From IMG/VR virus record IMGVR_UViG_3300009175_000013, positions 1-64,000 of that record: a stretch of 64,000 nt of DNA; one strand, 5' to 3'. The DNA is from a virus. Below the pieces are notes generated by a model. The model was not told the DNA's origin, did no database searches, and saw only the letters and a program-made list of their open reading frames with translations. Both the position numbers and the translations under genes were made by a program. This document shows, in pieces, positions 8,561-18,185 of this stretch (position 1 is its first letter; every line of letters begins with the position of its first letter).

Positions 8561-8887
8561 TTAATCGGCGAGCCCATCTATTATCGCAGCCGTCCCGCGA
8601 ACCGCTTCGTCCAAATTTATTATCGGGCCATACTGACTCCCCCAATGCCTCTTTCTATTCCTCAGATCAAATTTCTCCAACTCACTAGGCATCATCCACT
8701 GGATAGTATGTAAATAATCCTGCCCCGCCATCTCTACCCCCACCGCTAAGTATAAAATTGCCTTCGAACCTGGTTTAGTGCTACACCACAATTTAACCCC
8801 AACATCATAGATGTAGGTAACACCAAGTTCGTAGACGCGTGCCGGTGACTTCCACCGACCCAAGTCAAGCATTTTAGAACTTTTCAT
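8561..8887 (-). CDS. Hypothetical protein
   Basis: ORF in a minus-strand run. Confidence 0.5.
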   Translation of the reverse strand: MKSSKMLDLGRWKSPARVYELGVTYIYDVGVKLWCSTKPGSKAILYLAVGVEMAGQDYLHTIQWMMPSELEKFDLRNRKRHWGSQYGPIINLDEAVRGTAAIIDGLAD

Positions 8888-9341
8888 GGTAGAGACTCAC
8901 CGCGTCCCGCACCAGTACCGGATTGGGGCAACACTCGCATTTGGCACTCTCACCAATAGCCATCCTGACAGAGAAATCATAACTCAAATTCAACCCGTGC
9001 ATAGAATTTAGATCCTCAATCAGCCCCGTGGCAAGATTTCCTATGGGAAGCCACAACTCCCCATCAAATAAGAATCGAACCGCATTTGGAATATATGAAT
9101 GAGGATCAAGCTCCAAAGCAAAGCACATCATGAAGATGGGTATATTGTGCGGATTGGTTATGTCCTCGGTGAATTCCCCCTCGGGCGTTCGGGCAATCAT
9201 CTTTTCCACAAAAATGGCGTGCCTAGAATAAGGCTCCACAAATGGAAGAAAATCAATGCGCAGATCTGGTGCGGCGCGCTCGTCCATGCGACTCAAATAC
9301 TCGGAGCGGTATTTGACCAACGAGGTGCCCGATGTATACAC
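8874..9341 (-). CDS. Hypothetical protein (start uncertain)
   Basis: ORF in a minus-strand run. Confidence 0.5.
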   Translation of the reverse strand: MYTSGTSLVKYRSEYLSRMDERAAPDLRIDFLPFVEPYSRHAIFVEKMIARTPEGEFTEDITNPHNIPIFMMCFALELDPHSYIPNAVRFLFDGELWLPIGNLATGLIEDLNSMHGLNLSYDFSVRMAIGESAKCECCPNPVLVRDAVSLYHEKF

Positions 9342-9793
9342 GCTACGCCGAACTCTCCGAAAAGAACTACATCTACGATGGCATCATCGCCATCTGCAAC
9401 TCCGAAATGCATGAACACGAACCCTTCCACCTCCTCATGCCCAAAATCGAGAAAGCAATCAAAAACAAGGAAATCATCGTCGCCGACTCAGTATCATCCA
9501 ACGCCACCGGCATCATCGGCTTCGTCTGGGGAACTATCGGCTCAAAAATCCCCCACGGCATCGATTATGGATATGAGAACAAATACTGCTGGATCAACTG
9601 GACCTACGTCAGCCCCCACCACCGCCACAGAGGAGTCGCCACCACCCTCTACCGCCGCCTCGAACGCGACTGCGCCAGAGCAGGAATACATACCATGTAC
9701 ATCGACTCGTTCCGCATAAACAAAGAATCAACTAAATTCCACCGCCACTTCGGATATAAAACCAAACTCACCATCTTCACTAAGAAAATATAA
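9332..9793 (+). CDS. GNAT-family N-acetyltransferase
   Basis: YVSPHHRHRGVATTLY acetyl-CoA-binding motif A; N..S.KFH..FGY. Confidence 0.8.
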   Translation: MYTRYAELSEKNYIYDGIIAICNSEMHEHEPFHLLMPKIEKAIKNKEIIVADSVSSNATGIIGFVWGTIGSKIPHGIDYGYENKYCWINWTYVSPHHRHRGVATTLYRRLERDCARAGIHTMYIDSFRINKESTKFHRHFGYKTKLTIFTKKI

Positions 9794-9794
9794 C

Positions 9795-10205
9795 TCAATC
9801 CCACGTGCGATGCTTCTCCGCGATGTGCTCCTGTCCATCATACTCCTCAATCGTATATTCCACATCGTCTGGAATCTCCACAATCTTCAATTTCGCATGG
9901 TCCCCATTAGCCTTCTCCTTCAACGCCTTCACACACTCCACCAGTAACGGTTCAGACCGGCAACCCAGATTATTCGTCAGCACCAGCTTCTCGTCCGGAG
10001 AAAAGACTACCGGCGCAAAACCACCACGCTTCCCCGTCTTGCGGTACTTCCTCCACTTCCGCAACTTAGCCGTCAGCTCCCCAGACTCATTATAATAATC
10101 TTTCGCGAGAGTCGCGTTCGCCCTAAACCCATGCTTATACAACCATAGCAACGCCGCTGGCGACAAGCTAAACCCACCGAAACACTTATTAATCACAACC
10201 CTCAT
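9795..10205 (-). CDS. Conserved phage hypothetical protein
   Basis: VVINKCFGGFSLS...LKIVEIPDDVEYTIEEYDGQEHIAEKHRTW, a recognisable phage family. Confidence 0.75.
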   Translation of the reverse strand: MRVVINKCFGGFSLSPAALLWLYKHGFRANATLAKDYYNESGELTAKLRKWRKYRKTGKRGGFAPVVFSPDEKLVLTNNLGCRSEPLLVECVKALKEKANGDHAKLKIVEIPDDVEYTIEEYDGQEHIAEKHRTWD

Positions 10206-10540
10206 CACTGACTCCACTCGATCACAAAACGATGCTTCCCGCGATGCCCAAGGGGCAACGAACAAAACACATAACTATGCCCATCGGCCTCTGCCCCACA
10301 CGCACACTGAAGCTTCACCACCTTCACCTTCGAGGCCTCCCAATCAGTACTCAAGCTAACCCCATGCTGCTTCGAACAATAACACTTCCGCGCATGCTTA
10401 GCCCCCGCCGCCATCGCCGCCTTGGGATCATCATAAACCGCCCGACTCCGAGCTCTACAATTCTCAGCATCAGGATGAAAGGCTCCCCCGGTCCCGGCGC
10501 TACACGCCCAATAATACTTCCTCTTACTGCCCTTAACCAC
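10205..10540 (-). CDS. Cys-rich hypothetical protein
   Basis: Coupled ORF. Confidence 0.5.
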   Translation of the reverse strand: MVKGSKRKYYWACSAGTGGAFHPDAENCRARSRAVYDDPKAAMAAGAKHARKCYCSKQHGVSLSTDWEASKVKVVKLQCACGAEADGHSYVFCSLPLGHRGKHRFVIEWSQ

Positions 10541-10730
10541 AGTTCATCCTCCGCACAGTCCGCCGAAACCGCCATTTCGATAGCCACCTGCTCCACGGCA
10601 ACGCCACAAATACCATCGAACCATCCTCGCACGGCCTCCCGCTCCACACACGCCACCACCCCTTCTTCCATCCAAAATTCCGCACCACCAACCGACAACC
10701 AGTACAAGTATGCAACTTAAAACCTAACAT
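10533..10730 (-). CDS. Hypothetical protein
   Basis: Short coupled ORF. Confidence 0.35.
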   Translation of the reverse strand: MLGFKLHTCTGCRLVVRNFGWKKGWWRVWSGRPCEDGSMVFVALPWSRWLSKWRFRRTVRRMNCG

Positions 10731-11011
10731 CCCAACTCCTCAACCATCCCATGCACAGTATCTACCCACTTCTTCCTCACCTCATACCAAGGCACCCGAC
10801 TACCTAAACTCAAATGTAGACCACTAAATACCATAAGCTGCCGATGATAAATCTTACACCTATCCTGATCACTCCGCGTCAACCACCACTTGCCATCACT
10901 AAACACATACCAATGCCAATACTCATTCCGCACCGCCACCGCCGGCCTAATCCCAGAATCCGGAGCCTGCGGCACCTCCACCAACCACCCATTCTCATCC
11001 ACCCCACACAT
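10724..11011 (-). CDS. Hypothetical protein
   Basis: Coupled ORF. Confidence 0.5.
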   Translation of the reverse strand: MCGVDENGWLVEVPQAPDSGIRPAVAVRNEYWHWYVFSDGKWWLTRSDQDRCKIYHRQLMVFSGLHLSLGSRVPWYEVRKKWVDTVHGMVEELGC

Positions 11012-11091
11012 CGTCGCCGTATACTCAGCGCGAAGCCCTATCGAATATTGGATTTAACCACTTATAAATAAATACCCGCAAAGCCACCCAA

Positions 11092-11145
11092 CCACCCACC
11101 AACGCAGCAGAAAATAACCCACCCACCAACGCAGCAGAAAATAAC
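11092..11145. repeat. Perfect 27-bp tandem repeat x2
   Basis: CCACCCACCAACGCAGCAGAAAATAAC at 11092-11118 and 11119-11145. Confidence 0.9.
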
Positions 11146-11161
11146 AATATTTCAATATTTC

Positions 11162-11608
11162 TTAACAACGCGGTCTCTCCACCCACGTCCTGATCGCCTT
11201 CGCCAACTCCCCCGGATTGGGGCACAATATGGGCCGACCTCCACGGCCCCGCCCATAATCTAACAACGCCACCAACAACAACTCCAGCGACGCATTAACC
11301 CCCTGACCCTGTAAATCACACAACGCATCATAACAAAACTCCCCCACCGGACACCACACCCCCTCACCCACCAACGCCGCCCGATGCACCATACGAAACG
11401 ACACATTATTAGGCCCACCCTCATGCACCACCAGAAAAACCGGAACACGCGTCCCAGGATTGCACCAATCCACCAACTCTAAATTACCATCCACCCCCAA
11501 ACCCAGCTCCCGCACCACAACCACCGGACCCTCCGAGAACGGAGGACCCATCGGCCTGAAAACCGGCTTAGCAAAATCGCGCGGCTCATCCATAACAACT
11601 CTTGTCAC
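11162..11608 (-). CDS. Hypothetical protein
   Basis: 148-aa ORF. Confidence 0.5.
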   Translation of the reverse strand: MTRVVMDEPRDFAKPVFRPMGPPFSEGPVVVVRELGLGVDGNLELVDWCNPGTRVPVFLVVHEGGPNNVSFRMVHRAALVGEGVWCPVGEFCYDALCDLQGQGVNASLELLLVALLDYGRGRGGRPILCPNPGELAKAIRTWVERPRC

Positions 11609-11700
11609 ACCGCCCCGCCGCCAGAAAAGCCCTCAAATACCAAGAAGGCCCGACCGAAGCCGAGCCTCCCAGGACCAAGTGGCCTTGACAATCTCCAAAA

Positions 11701-12096
11701 TCACCCCTCAATCACACCCTTATCCTTACCCACCCCCTCCAACGGAGCCGCCATATCACTCACGCTCCCCGCCGGCTCCCCCCGATCCTGCACTTGCGTC
11801 AACGTCTTGCGCATCAACCCCCTCGTATCCGTATCATCCAACTTCGTCTCCATCCGCAGCAACTCCCGCATCAACACCGACAACGGTGTGGACCCCTCCA
11901 ACCCAAAATCCTCCATCACCTTATGAATTTGATCCGAAGTGGGGTACGGAACCTCAGGGGCCACAGGAGCAGCGGGCTTCACCCACCGACTACTCATCTG
12001 TTGAACCTCTTCCGGAGCGGGCGGCCACCCCTCCCCAGTGTATGCATCCTCCAACAAATCCGCAATGCCCTGAATCTCTTCACGCGAAGCAGCCAT
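11701..12096 (-). CDS. Hypothetical protein
   Basis: GGAG RBS before MAASREE; CAAATATA motif at 12123-12130. Confidence 0.6.
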   Translation of the reverse strand: MAASREEIQGIADLLEDAYTGEGWPPAPEEVQQMSSRWVKPAAPVAPEVPYPTSDQIHKVMEDFGLEGSTPLSVLMRELLRMETKLDDTDTRGLMRKTLTQVQDRGEPAGSVSDMAAPLEGVGKDKGVIEG

Positions 12097-12146
12097 AGCA
12101 TAACTCCAAATAGGAACTACACTATATTTGCACACATACTTCAAAC

Positions 12147-13763
12147 TCATTTGGTCGCAAACACCAAAATCGGTTCAAACGTCTTTTCCCGCCCCATAAA
12201 GCTCGCCGTCTTCATCTCAATACGATCAACAAGTCTGCGACCGCACTTAGCCGCCACCCCCAAACACATTTCCTCCTGTCTCTTCGGCAAATTTAAAGCC
12301 ACCATTCCCCTAAACTTACTCAAAATATTCTCAACGATCGGCTTCGTCAACGTCTTAGAACTATCAATCCCAAAATAATGCTCAGTATCATCATAGGGTG
12401 GAGAAGTCAACAACAAATCGCCATCAGGAAAATCGCACACAGTAGCATCAGCAACACTAAACTGCGGTTCACTCAAAAACCGAGCACCAACAAATTTCCT
12501 AAGATTAACATGAGAATCAATCACATTCTGATTGAGATCGGACCCCAGATATTGATATTTAGCGTCAATAGTCCCAAGCAATCTCCCACCCCAACCCATA
12601 CAAGGATCAACAATCACACCGCCAGATGGAAGATACTTATCATAAACGCCGCGAGCAACCCACGGTTTAAAGATGGAGACTGCCGCAAAGTCCTTATAAA
12701 ACTTAATGATTGAGCTAATAAATCCATATATGGCGACTTCAGATTTAATCGCCCACGCCCTCTCAATGGCGTTTCTTAGAATTGATGTATTGCCGCATTC
12801 CCACGCCGCAGTAACTGGCAGATACCCTTTGTGGGTAGATCTCCAATAATGCTGGCTAAAATGCTTAATCAGGCTAACCGCGCTATCATTCTGGAAATTG
12901 GCATTAAATTGCGCACCACCTGGCGATTTATATCCATCCAACCCACCACGCAATATGTGGCTCGGATATTGAGGTGGCATAAACCCATAATTAAGAAGCC
13001 AATCGGCACAACTGCCTGGAGTATTCCAGATTAATTTCCAGTTGCAACAATAATATCGATCAGCATCCTGAATCACAATTTTATAATAATCACCAAACTT
13101 GCCGAGATCGGCGGAGTTTGCTGCTGCCACCAGCATATCGCGCACCACTACACGCCGATTCGGCCCTGGCTCATGAGCAATTGAGATACCATCTGGCTCA
13201 ATATAATACTCATAATTACAGTATTTAACTTTAATGCCAGATTTAACCGACTTGCCAGTACTGGGAATAACAAAAGCCTTGACCGGAGCATCCACACTCC
13301 GCTGTGGACTCCTATGCAGTGCTTTTATTCCATACCTAGCCGCCACTGCACAGACAGTATTCGCCCGCACCCCAACCATGGAAGCTATCTTCCTAAATGA
13401 ATATTTATTGGCTAACTCAGCAAACTGCTCGCGATCATTTAGTATGCTTGGCCTCTTAGCATCATCCATGGATCTGAATTTCATTTCTGGTTTATACTTA
13501 AGCAGTTGCCGCTTAATCCTGGCCACTGGCGCGCAATATGCCTTATGAAGAGCATCTAGACTGGCCCCGGCCACATAGGCACCATAAACCTTGGCGATCG
13601 GCAACAATTTTTCGATTGATTTGTGCCGCCCGGCTATGCCATGTTTTTTACAAATTACCGATACAACACCCGGCGCAGTCCCCAATTGTGCCGCAACGGA
13701 TGACATCGATATGCCATCTACCTCAACCATCTGCCTAATCATATTTATATCATACTTGCCCAT
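12147..13763 (-). CDS. DNA amino-methyltransferase (N4-C/N6-A) fused to N-terminal HTH repeats
   Basis: Motif I VDPCMGWGGR and motif IV TSPPY; HTH-like segments in the first ~150 aa. Confidence 0.75.
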   Translation of the reverse strand: MGKYDINMIRQMVEVDGISMSSVAAQLGTAPGVVSVICKKHGIAGRHKSIEKLLPIAKVYGAYVAGASLDALHKAYCAPVARIKRQLLKYKPEMKFRSMDDAKRPSILNDREQFAELANKYSFRKIASMVGVRANTVCAVAARYGIKALHRSPQRSVDAPVKAFVIPSTGKSVKSGIKVKYCNYEYYIEPDGISIAHEPGPNRRVVVRDMLVAAANSADLGKFGDYYKIVIQDADRYYCCNWKLIWNTPGSCADWLLNYGFMPPQYPSHILRGGLDGYKSPGGAQFNANFQNDSAVSLIKHFSQHYWRSTHKGYLPVTAAWECGNTSILRNAIERAWAIKSEVAIYGFISSIIKFYKDFAAVSIFKPWVARGVYDKYLPSGGVIVDPCMGWGGRLLGTIDAKYQYLGSDLNQNVIDSHVNLRKFVGARFLSEPQFSVADATVCDFPDGDLLLTSPPYDDTEHYFGIDSSKTLTKPIVENILSKFRGMVALNLPKRQEEMCLGVAAKCGRRLVDRIEMKTASFMGREKTFEPILVFATK

Positions 13764-14520
13764 GATTCGCCTTTATATCATTAATCCATTTTATAACACT
13801 TAAATCATCAAACGTTGATCTAGCCCTATTAATGGCTTTCAAAACCAATCTAATATTAGTAACTAGGTATCCGATTTTATTATCAATTCGATCAATAGAT
13901 AAGCTAAGACATGGGTGGGCATAGCATGCCATTTTAACCCCAGCGAGGGCGCATTCGCCATTCTGAGATCTATATAATTCCACTACCTTATCAGTATTAA
14001 TATCATTTTCGGCGAACTTGGCCTGGGCGTTTCGGACACAAGTTGAGATATAATCCCTACTAAACTTCTCTGGTTTAAATAAACTTGGATCTTTAATACA
14101 TTCTACAAAATATATCACATCCGCATTGGTGTGTCGATTCTTAGCTAGGTTAATGCCCCTACACACTAACTGGGTATTAAGTTTAGTGTGCCCAATAGAA
14201 TTGTCAATGCGATCGATCGATAGAGACCAAAGTGAAAAATCGTGCGTGAGAGTTAGACCAGAAATCGCACACTTTTCATTGGTACTATATAACTTATTGA
14301 TAAATCCCAGGTCTAAATCGCAGCCCCTACCCTTGGATTTATCCTCCAGAATCGCCTGCCAAGCATGCCTGGTAATCCATGATCTCCACGTTCTTGTGTA
14401 ATATAAGTGATTGTGTTTGGACTGCTCAATAGACCTGCCAGCCCTACACTTCTTGACATATTCTCTGTTGCGATGCAACCTCTCATCGTTTGTCATAATA
14501 CCTTTAATACATCGCGTCAT
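13750..14520 (-). CDS. Tandem His-Me finger (HNH-like) endonuclease
   Basis: Two CA(I/L)xG...LSIDRIDN.IG....N..LV...IN repeats. Confidence 0.7.
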   Translation of the reverse strand: MTRCIKGIMTNDERLHRNREYVKKCRAGRSIEQSKHNHLYYTRTWRSWITRHAWQAILEDKSKGRGCDLDLGFINKLYSTNEKCAISGLTLTHDFSLWSLSIDRIDNSIGHTKLNTQLVCRGINLAKNRHTNADVIYFVECIKDPSLFKPEKFSRDYISTCVRNAQAKFAENDINTDKVVELYRSQNGECALAGVKMACYAHPCLSLSIDRIDNKIGYLVTNIRLVLKAINRARSTFDDLSVIKWINDIKANHGQV

Positions 14521-14541
14521 TATAGTATTATGTGCATATAT

Positions 14542-14577
14542 AAAAAAGAACCCCGGTTTCTTAGGCCGGGGTTCTTT
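14542..14577 (-). terminator. Rho-independent terminator after the major capsid gene
   Basis: AAAGAACCCCGG/CCGGGGTTCTTT stem plus T-tract on the minus strand. Confidence 0.85.
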
Positions 14578-14586
14578 ACTAAACTA

Positions 14587-16128
14587 TTACAGATTCGATA
14601 CGGTGATGGTGGCATAGTAAAGTCCACCATCTTCTATCAACTTCTTACCATACCGCGTCATGATGCCCTTGCTCGGCGTATAGGAGTTTGGATCCAATAC
14701 GGTCGGGGTCGAGAGGAGGGGGATGTACGGAGCATAGAAGTATCCAGCATCCAGGACCGAATTGCCCTTATAACCCAAGAGGATCTTGCAGTTGGGGAAC
14801 AGCGGGTCCTTGAAGAGCTGGAGTTTGCCCTGGATGGTGCCGGCGTTCATGATGCCGATATCCATGCCTTCGTCGACCATGGCGTCGGAGCCACGGAAGT
14901 CGTTGAGCTGCTCGAACTTGGAGCTGATGTCCGCGGAGGTGACCATCCAGTTGGCGGGGCCACGGAGGGTGGTCCGGTGGATGATGTTGGCAACTTCGAG
15001 GACTTTGTAGAGCAGAGCGATGTTGCGGTCGGTGAAGTTGACGGAGGCTCCGGCGGCGGTGGCGAAGTTGTGGGAGGCCCGAATTGCCGCACTGATAATC
15101 AGGTCGTTGATGATTTCACGGTCGATTTCGGCGACCATTTCATCAGCCATCAAATCGGTGAGGGTGGATTCGGCGTCGATGTTGTGTACGGCCTTGAGGT
15201 CTTGGGCGGCTTCCAGCGACCAGGCGGTCTTGAGCTTGCGGGTAACGGCGGCGACGGAGTCGCTGTCGATGCTCAGGGTGAGTTCGGGCTGGAAGGGGTT
15301 GGCTTCGAGGTCGTATTCGTAGTTGACGCGGGCGAATGCGCCGACTGGGAAGGTTCCAGCATCGAATTTGACTTTGAGTTCGCCGGTGGTGTTGCTGAAG
15401 CTGGAGTAGGAGGTATCAACGGTGATACCGGAGGTGACATCGCAGCCTTCGCCGAGGACTACGACATCGACTGCGCCGTCGGAGTCGAAGGTGACTTGGA
15501 CGCAGGGGACCATGTTTTCGCAGGTGGCGCTCTTCTGGGCGAGGTCGTAGACGTTGAGGACTACGGTGCCGGCGAGTACTGGGCGGTGTTGGAGGATGTG
15601 ATCGACTTTGTTGGCGGCGAAGGTGGTGACGTCTTCGTCACGGACTTGCTGCGAGGAGTAGTAGGGGTCGAGTGCCCAGCCGTTTTGCTTGGCGAAGGTT
15701 TGGCTGGTGTTTTGACGCATGATCTGGGTTCCGGCGACCGTCTGGCCCTTGGTGAGGGCGTAGCGGTAGCGGATGTAGAAGATCAGGCTGGCGGGCTGGC
15801 TCATTGGCTGGACGCCGACGAGGTTGTCGGAGATCAGGCGAGCGTAGCTCTTGCGGATGAGGGGGAGGGCGAACCGGGTGAAGTCGGCGACGTTGCCGGT
15901 GGTGGTGACGTCTTCGAACAGCACGGTGCGGTTTTTGGGGTCCCAGGCCTTGTGCTGGTTTTCAAGCAGGGTGGCCATGAGGCCGAGTTTGCCCTTCTTG
16001 ATTTCGCGGCACTTCTGGAGGACTGGGCTCCAGCGGGCGACGTCCTGGTTTTTCTTGGATTCGGCCAGGACTGCGGCTTTGTGGGAGTCGCGGGTTTCAG
16101 TGATTGTGGTTTTGACGTGTTCTGCCAT
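14587..16128 (-). CDS. Major capsid protein (T4 gp23-like)
   Basis: LVGVQPM, RKLKTAWSLEAAQDL, EIDREII, DAGYFYAPYIPL, GIMTRYG motifs. Confidence 0.97.
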   Translation of the reverse strand: MAEHVKTTITETRDSHKAAVLAESKKNQDVARWSPVLQKCREIKKGKLGLMATLLENQHKAWDPKNRTVLFEDVTTTGNVADFTRFALPLIRKSYARLISDNLVGVQPMSQPASLIFYIRYRYALTKGQTVAGTQIMRQNTSQTFAKQNGWALDPYYSSQQVRDEDVTTFAANKVDHILQHRPVLAGTVVLNVYDLAQKSATCENMVPCVQVTFDSDGAVDVVVLGEGCDVTSGITVDTSYSSFSNTTGELKVKFDAGTFPVGAFARVNYEYDLEANPFQPELTLSIDSDSVAAVTRKLKTAWSLEAAQDLKAVHNIDAESTLTDLMADEMVAEIDREIINDLIISAAIRASHNFATAAGASVNFTDRNIALLYKVLEVANIIHRTTLRGPANWMVTSADISSKFEQLNDFRGSDAMVDEGMDIGIMNAGTIQGKLQLFKDPLFPNCKILLGYKGNSVLDAGYFYAPYIPLLSTPTVLDPNSYTPSKGIMTRYGKKLIEDGGLYYATITVSNL

Positions 16129-16199
16129 GGGTATTTCTCCTTATCCTGGCAAATCCCATTTCTTAATTATAGGTTTGCCTGGAAGTTGTCTTTTTTCAG

Positions 16200-16973
16200 T
16201 TACTCTTCGAGCGATGCGGCGATGGCATCGGGGCTGAAGCTGTCGGCGATGACTGGGGCTTCCTTCTTGGGTTCCACTTTGGTGGCAACTTGGGAGTGGT
16301 CGCTCAGTCTGGTCGTCGCGGGTTCAGCTGACGGTTTGCGCCCTTCGGTGAGGGATTTGGCAGGTTCCTCTTTCTTGGCTTCGGGTTTGCCTTCGGTTTT
16401 CCCTTCGGCGACTGGTTTGGCTGGTTCCACCTTGGTTTCGTTGATGGGTTTGCCGGCTTTGACCAGGGCTTCTTGGAGTTCCTTGGCTAGGACCTTGTTC
16501 CGTTCGAGAGTTTTCCCGGCGATGCTGTGGGCGCGGATGGCCTTTTCGGCGAGCATCTTGGAGTTTTCCTGCTCAGCGTGGAGTTGCTCGGTGAGTTGCT
16601 GTACTTGCCCTTGGGCGGCCTTGACTTCCGCAGTATCGCCTTTGCCATTCACTTCCACTCCCTCGAGCAGAGCTGCGATGGATTGGAGTTTGGCTTCGGC
16701 AGCGGCGTCCTTTATGGCCACTTGCTTGGCAATCTGTTGCTCGATCTTCTCGGAACGGGTTTCGAAGAAAATCTGCACTTTGCGGGCAAGGTCACGCTTG
16801 TAACTTTCGACCTCTTCGAGGCAGAGGGCTTTCGCCTTTTCCAGGCGTTTCTGGTATTCTTCTTTGATTTCGGTGGCGGATTTGTTCTTCCACTCTTCGA
16901 GGGTCTTGACGATGGTAGTCGCGAGTTCTTTGGATCCACCGAGTTGTTCGAGTAGGGCTTTGATCTTTTCCAT
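16200..16973 (-). CDS. Prohead core/scaffolding protein (gp22-like)
   Basis: Glu/Lys/Ala-rich coiled coil immediately upstream of the MCP. Confidence 0.7.
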   Translation of the reverse strand: MEKIKALLEQLGGSKELATTIVKTLEEWKNKSATEIKEEYQKRLEKAKALCLEEVESYKRDLARKVQIFFETRSEKIEQQIAKQVAIKDAAAEAKLQSIAALLEGVEVNGKGDTAEVKAAQGQVQQLTEQLHAEQENSKMLAEKAIRAHSIAGKTLERNKVLAKELQEALVKAGKPINETKVEPAKPVAEGKTEGKPEAKKEEPAKSLTEGRKPSAEPATTRLSDHSQVATKVEPKKEAPVIADSFSPDAIAASLEE

Positions 16974-17019
16974 GAGCTTCTCCTCTGTGTCCTTTTAAAC
17001 TACAGACTCTTGGCCCTAC

Positions 17020-17358
17020 TTACTCAGGTTGTGGGCGAACGTCTTTGGTGGCCAGGCCGGACTTGGTGAATCCAGCAACGGAGGTGGTTTTCAGGCCGCC
17101 GCTGTTGCCTTTGGGCATGAGAGCTGGGCCTTTGCCCTTGGTGCCGCAGCACACGCTCTTGCCGCCCAGGTTGGCCATCTTGTGTTCGCCACCGGCGAAA
17201 TGTCCACCGCTGGTGACACCACCGGAGGTGCCGGCCATGGGGCGGACATTGGCTTTGGCGAGGCTCTTGCCGCCGCCGCCGCCGCCGATTGCTTTCATGC
17301 CGATTCCCGCCCCGCCGCTCTTGGTTCCCGAGAATCCAGTGAGAGTTTTGCCGGCCAT
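17020..17358 (-). CDS. Small Gly/Lys-rich basic protein
   Basis: GAGGAG RBS; located in the head cluster. Confidence 0.6.
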   Translation of the reverse strand: MAGKTLTGFSGTKSGGAGIGMKAIGGGGGGKSLAKANVRPMAGTSGGVTSGGHFAGGEHKMANLGGKSVCCGTKGKGPALMPKGNSGGLKTTSVAGFTKSGLATKDVRPQPE

Positions 17359-17432
17359 GTTTTGCTCCTCTGTAGATAACGGATGCTAGATGTCATCCTG
17401 TTTCCTAAAATTTACATTTGCTCGGAGGATGC

Positions 17433-17780
17433 ATGAGTAAAATAATGGCCATTGTAGAATCCATGATTGCCCATAAAGCCCATGTCGTAAAATGGCACCG
17501 CAACCTCCAGAATTGCATCCTCTTAACTCAGTGCCGAGTCTGCGGCAAGGATTCCAAAGTCTCTATTGACGCTATCTACCGTCAATACCAGAGGGGCAGC
17601 AAACTTTATAAGTGTAAGTCCTGCTCGAGCTCAATGGGATGGAGTGCATTATCACGCAAGGCCGCCGGCTCCCGCGCACGAAAGAACTGGAAAGATCCTA
17701 ATTATGCTGGGAAAATCGTGGGGAAGGCAATGGCCAGGAGCATTAAGAAGAAAGCTCGCAGTGGGTTGGATTTATTATAG
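17433..17780 (+). CDS. Basic Zn-finger protein, possibly an endonuclease-associated DNA-binding remnant
   Basis: CRVC...CKSC; GGAGG RBS. Confidence 0.5.
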   Translation: MSKIMAIVESMIAHKAHVVKWHRNLQNCILLTQCRVCGKDSKVSIDAIYRQYQRGSKLYKCKSCSSSMGWSALSRKAAGSRARKNWKDPNYAGKIVGKAMARSIKKKARSGLDLL

Positions 17781-17794
17781 CTCAAAGATAAGGT

Positions 17795-18118
17795 ATGAAG
17801 CTCAAGACTTTATTCGAGGAAGTTCAGCCAGACATCCAGGCTTTTGCAGATTTGTTCGGGCTAACGGTCACGCCAGCGGGGCGTGATACCTATTCCGATG
17901 CTCCTGCTTTTTATTTGAGTGAAGGGCCGCTGGCACGCGCTGGTGAGGGGTTCGCAACTCCTACTTATTATGTATTTCTTCCTGCTGCGTCCAGGAATTT
18001 ATTCATCCAGGGTGCTTTTAATGGGACGCAGGATGCACAGGGCTTTCCGACGCGGTGGCCTTTGACGCGGTTTGCCGAGGCGGGGATGTTGTCGGGTGGG
18101 GATACCATTAAGCTCTAA
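17795..18118 (+). CDS. Hypothetical protein, N-terminus MKLKTLFEE
   Basis: CAAAGATA motif directly upstream; hairpin downstream. Confidence 0.6.
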   Translation: MKLKTLFEEVQPDIQAFADLFGLTVTPAGRDTYSDAPAFYLSEGPLARAGEGFATPTYYVFLPAASRNLFIQGAFNGTQDAQGFPTRWPLTRFAEAGMLSGGDTIKL

Positions 18119-18122
18119 ATAA

Positions 18123-18158
18123 GCCGATGCCCCCGAGCTGTGAGAACGGGGGCATGGC
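18123..18158. terminator. Hairpin between convergent genes
   Basis: ATGCCCCCG/CGGGGGCAT stem. Confidence 0.5.
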
Positions 18159-18185
18159 GAGAGAGAGGGGGACAAGTGGGCTGTG

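Noticed and set aside
14407-16803. 798-aa + strand ORF, and similar antisense ORFs at 54274..55776, 28395..29588, 18285..19199 and 3710..4522
   Set aside because: Shadow frames opposite well-supported, codon-biased genes; no recognisable motifs.
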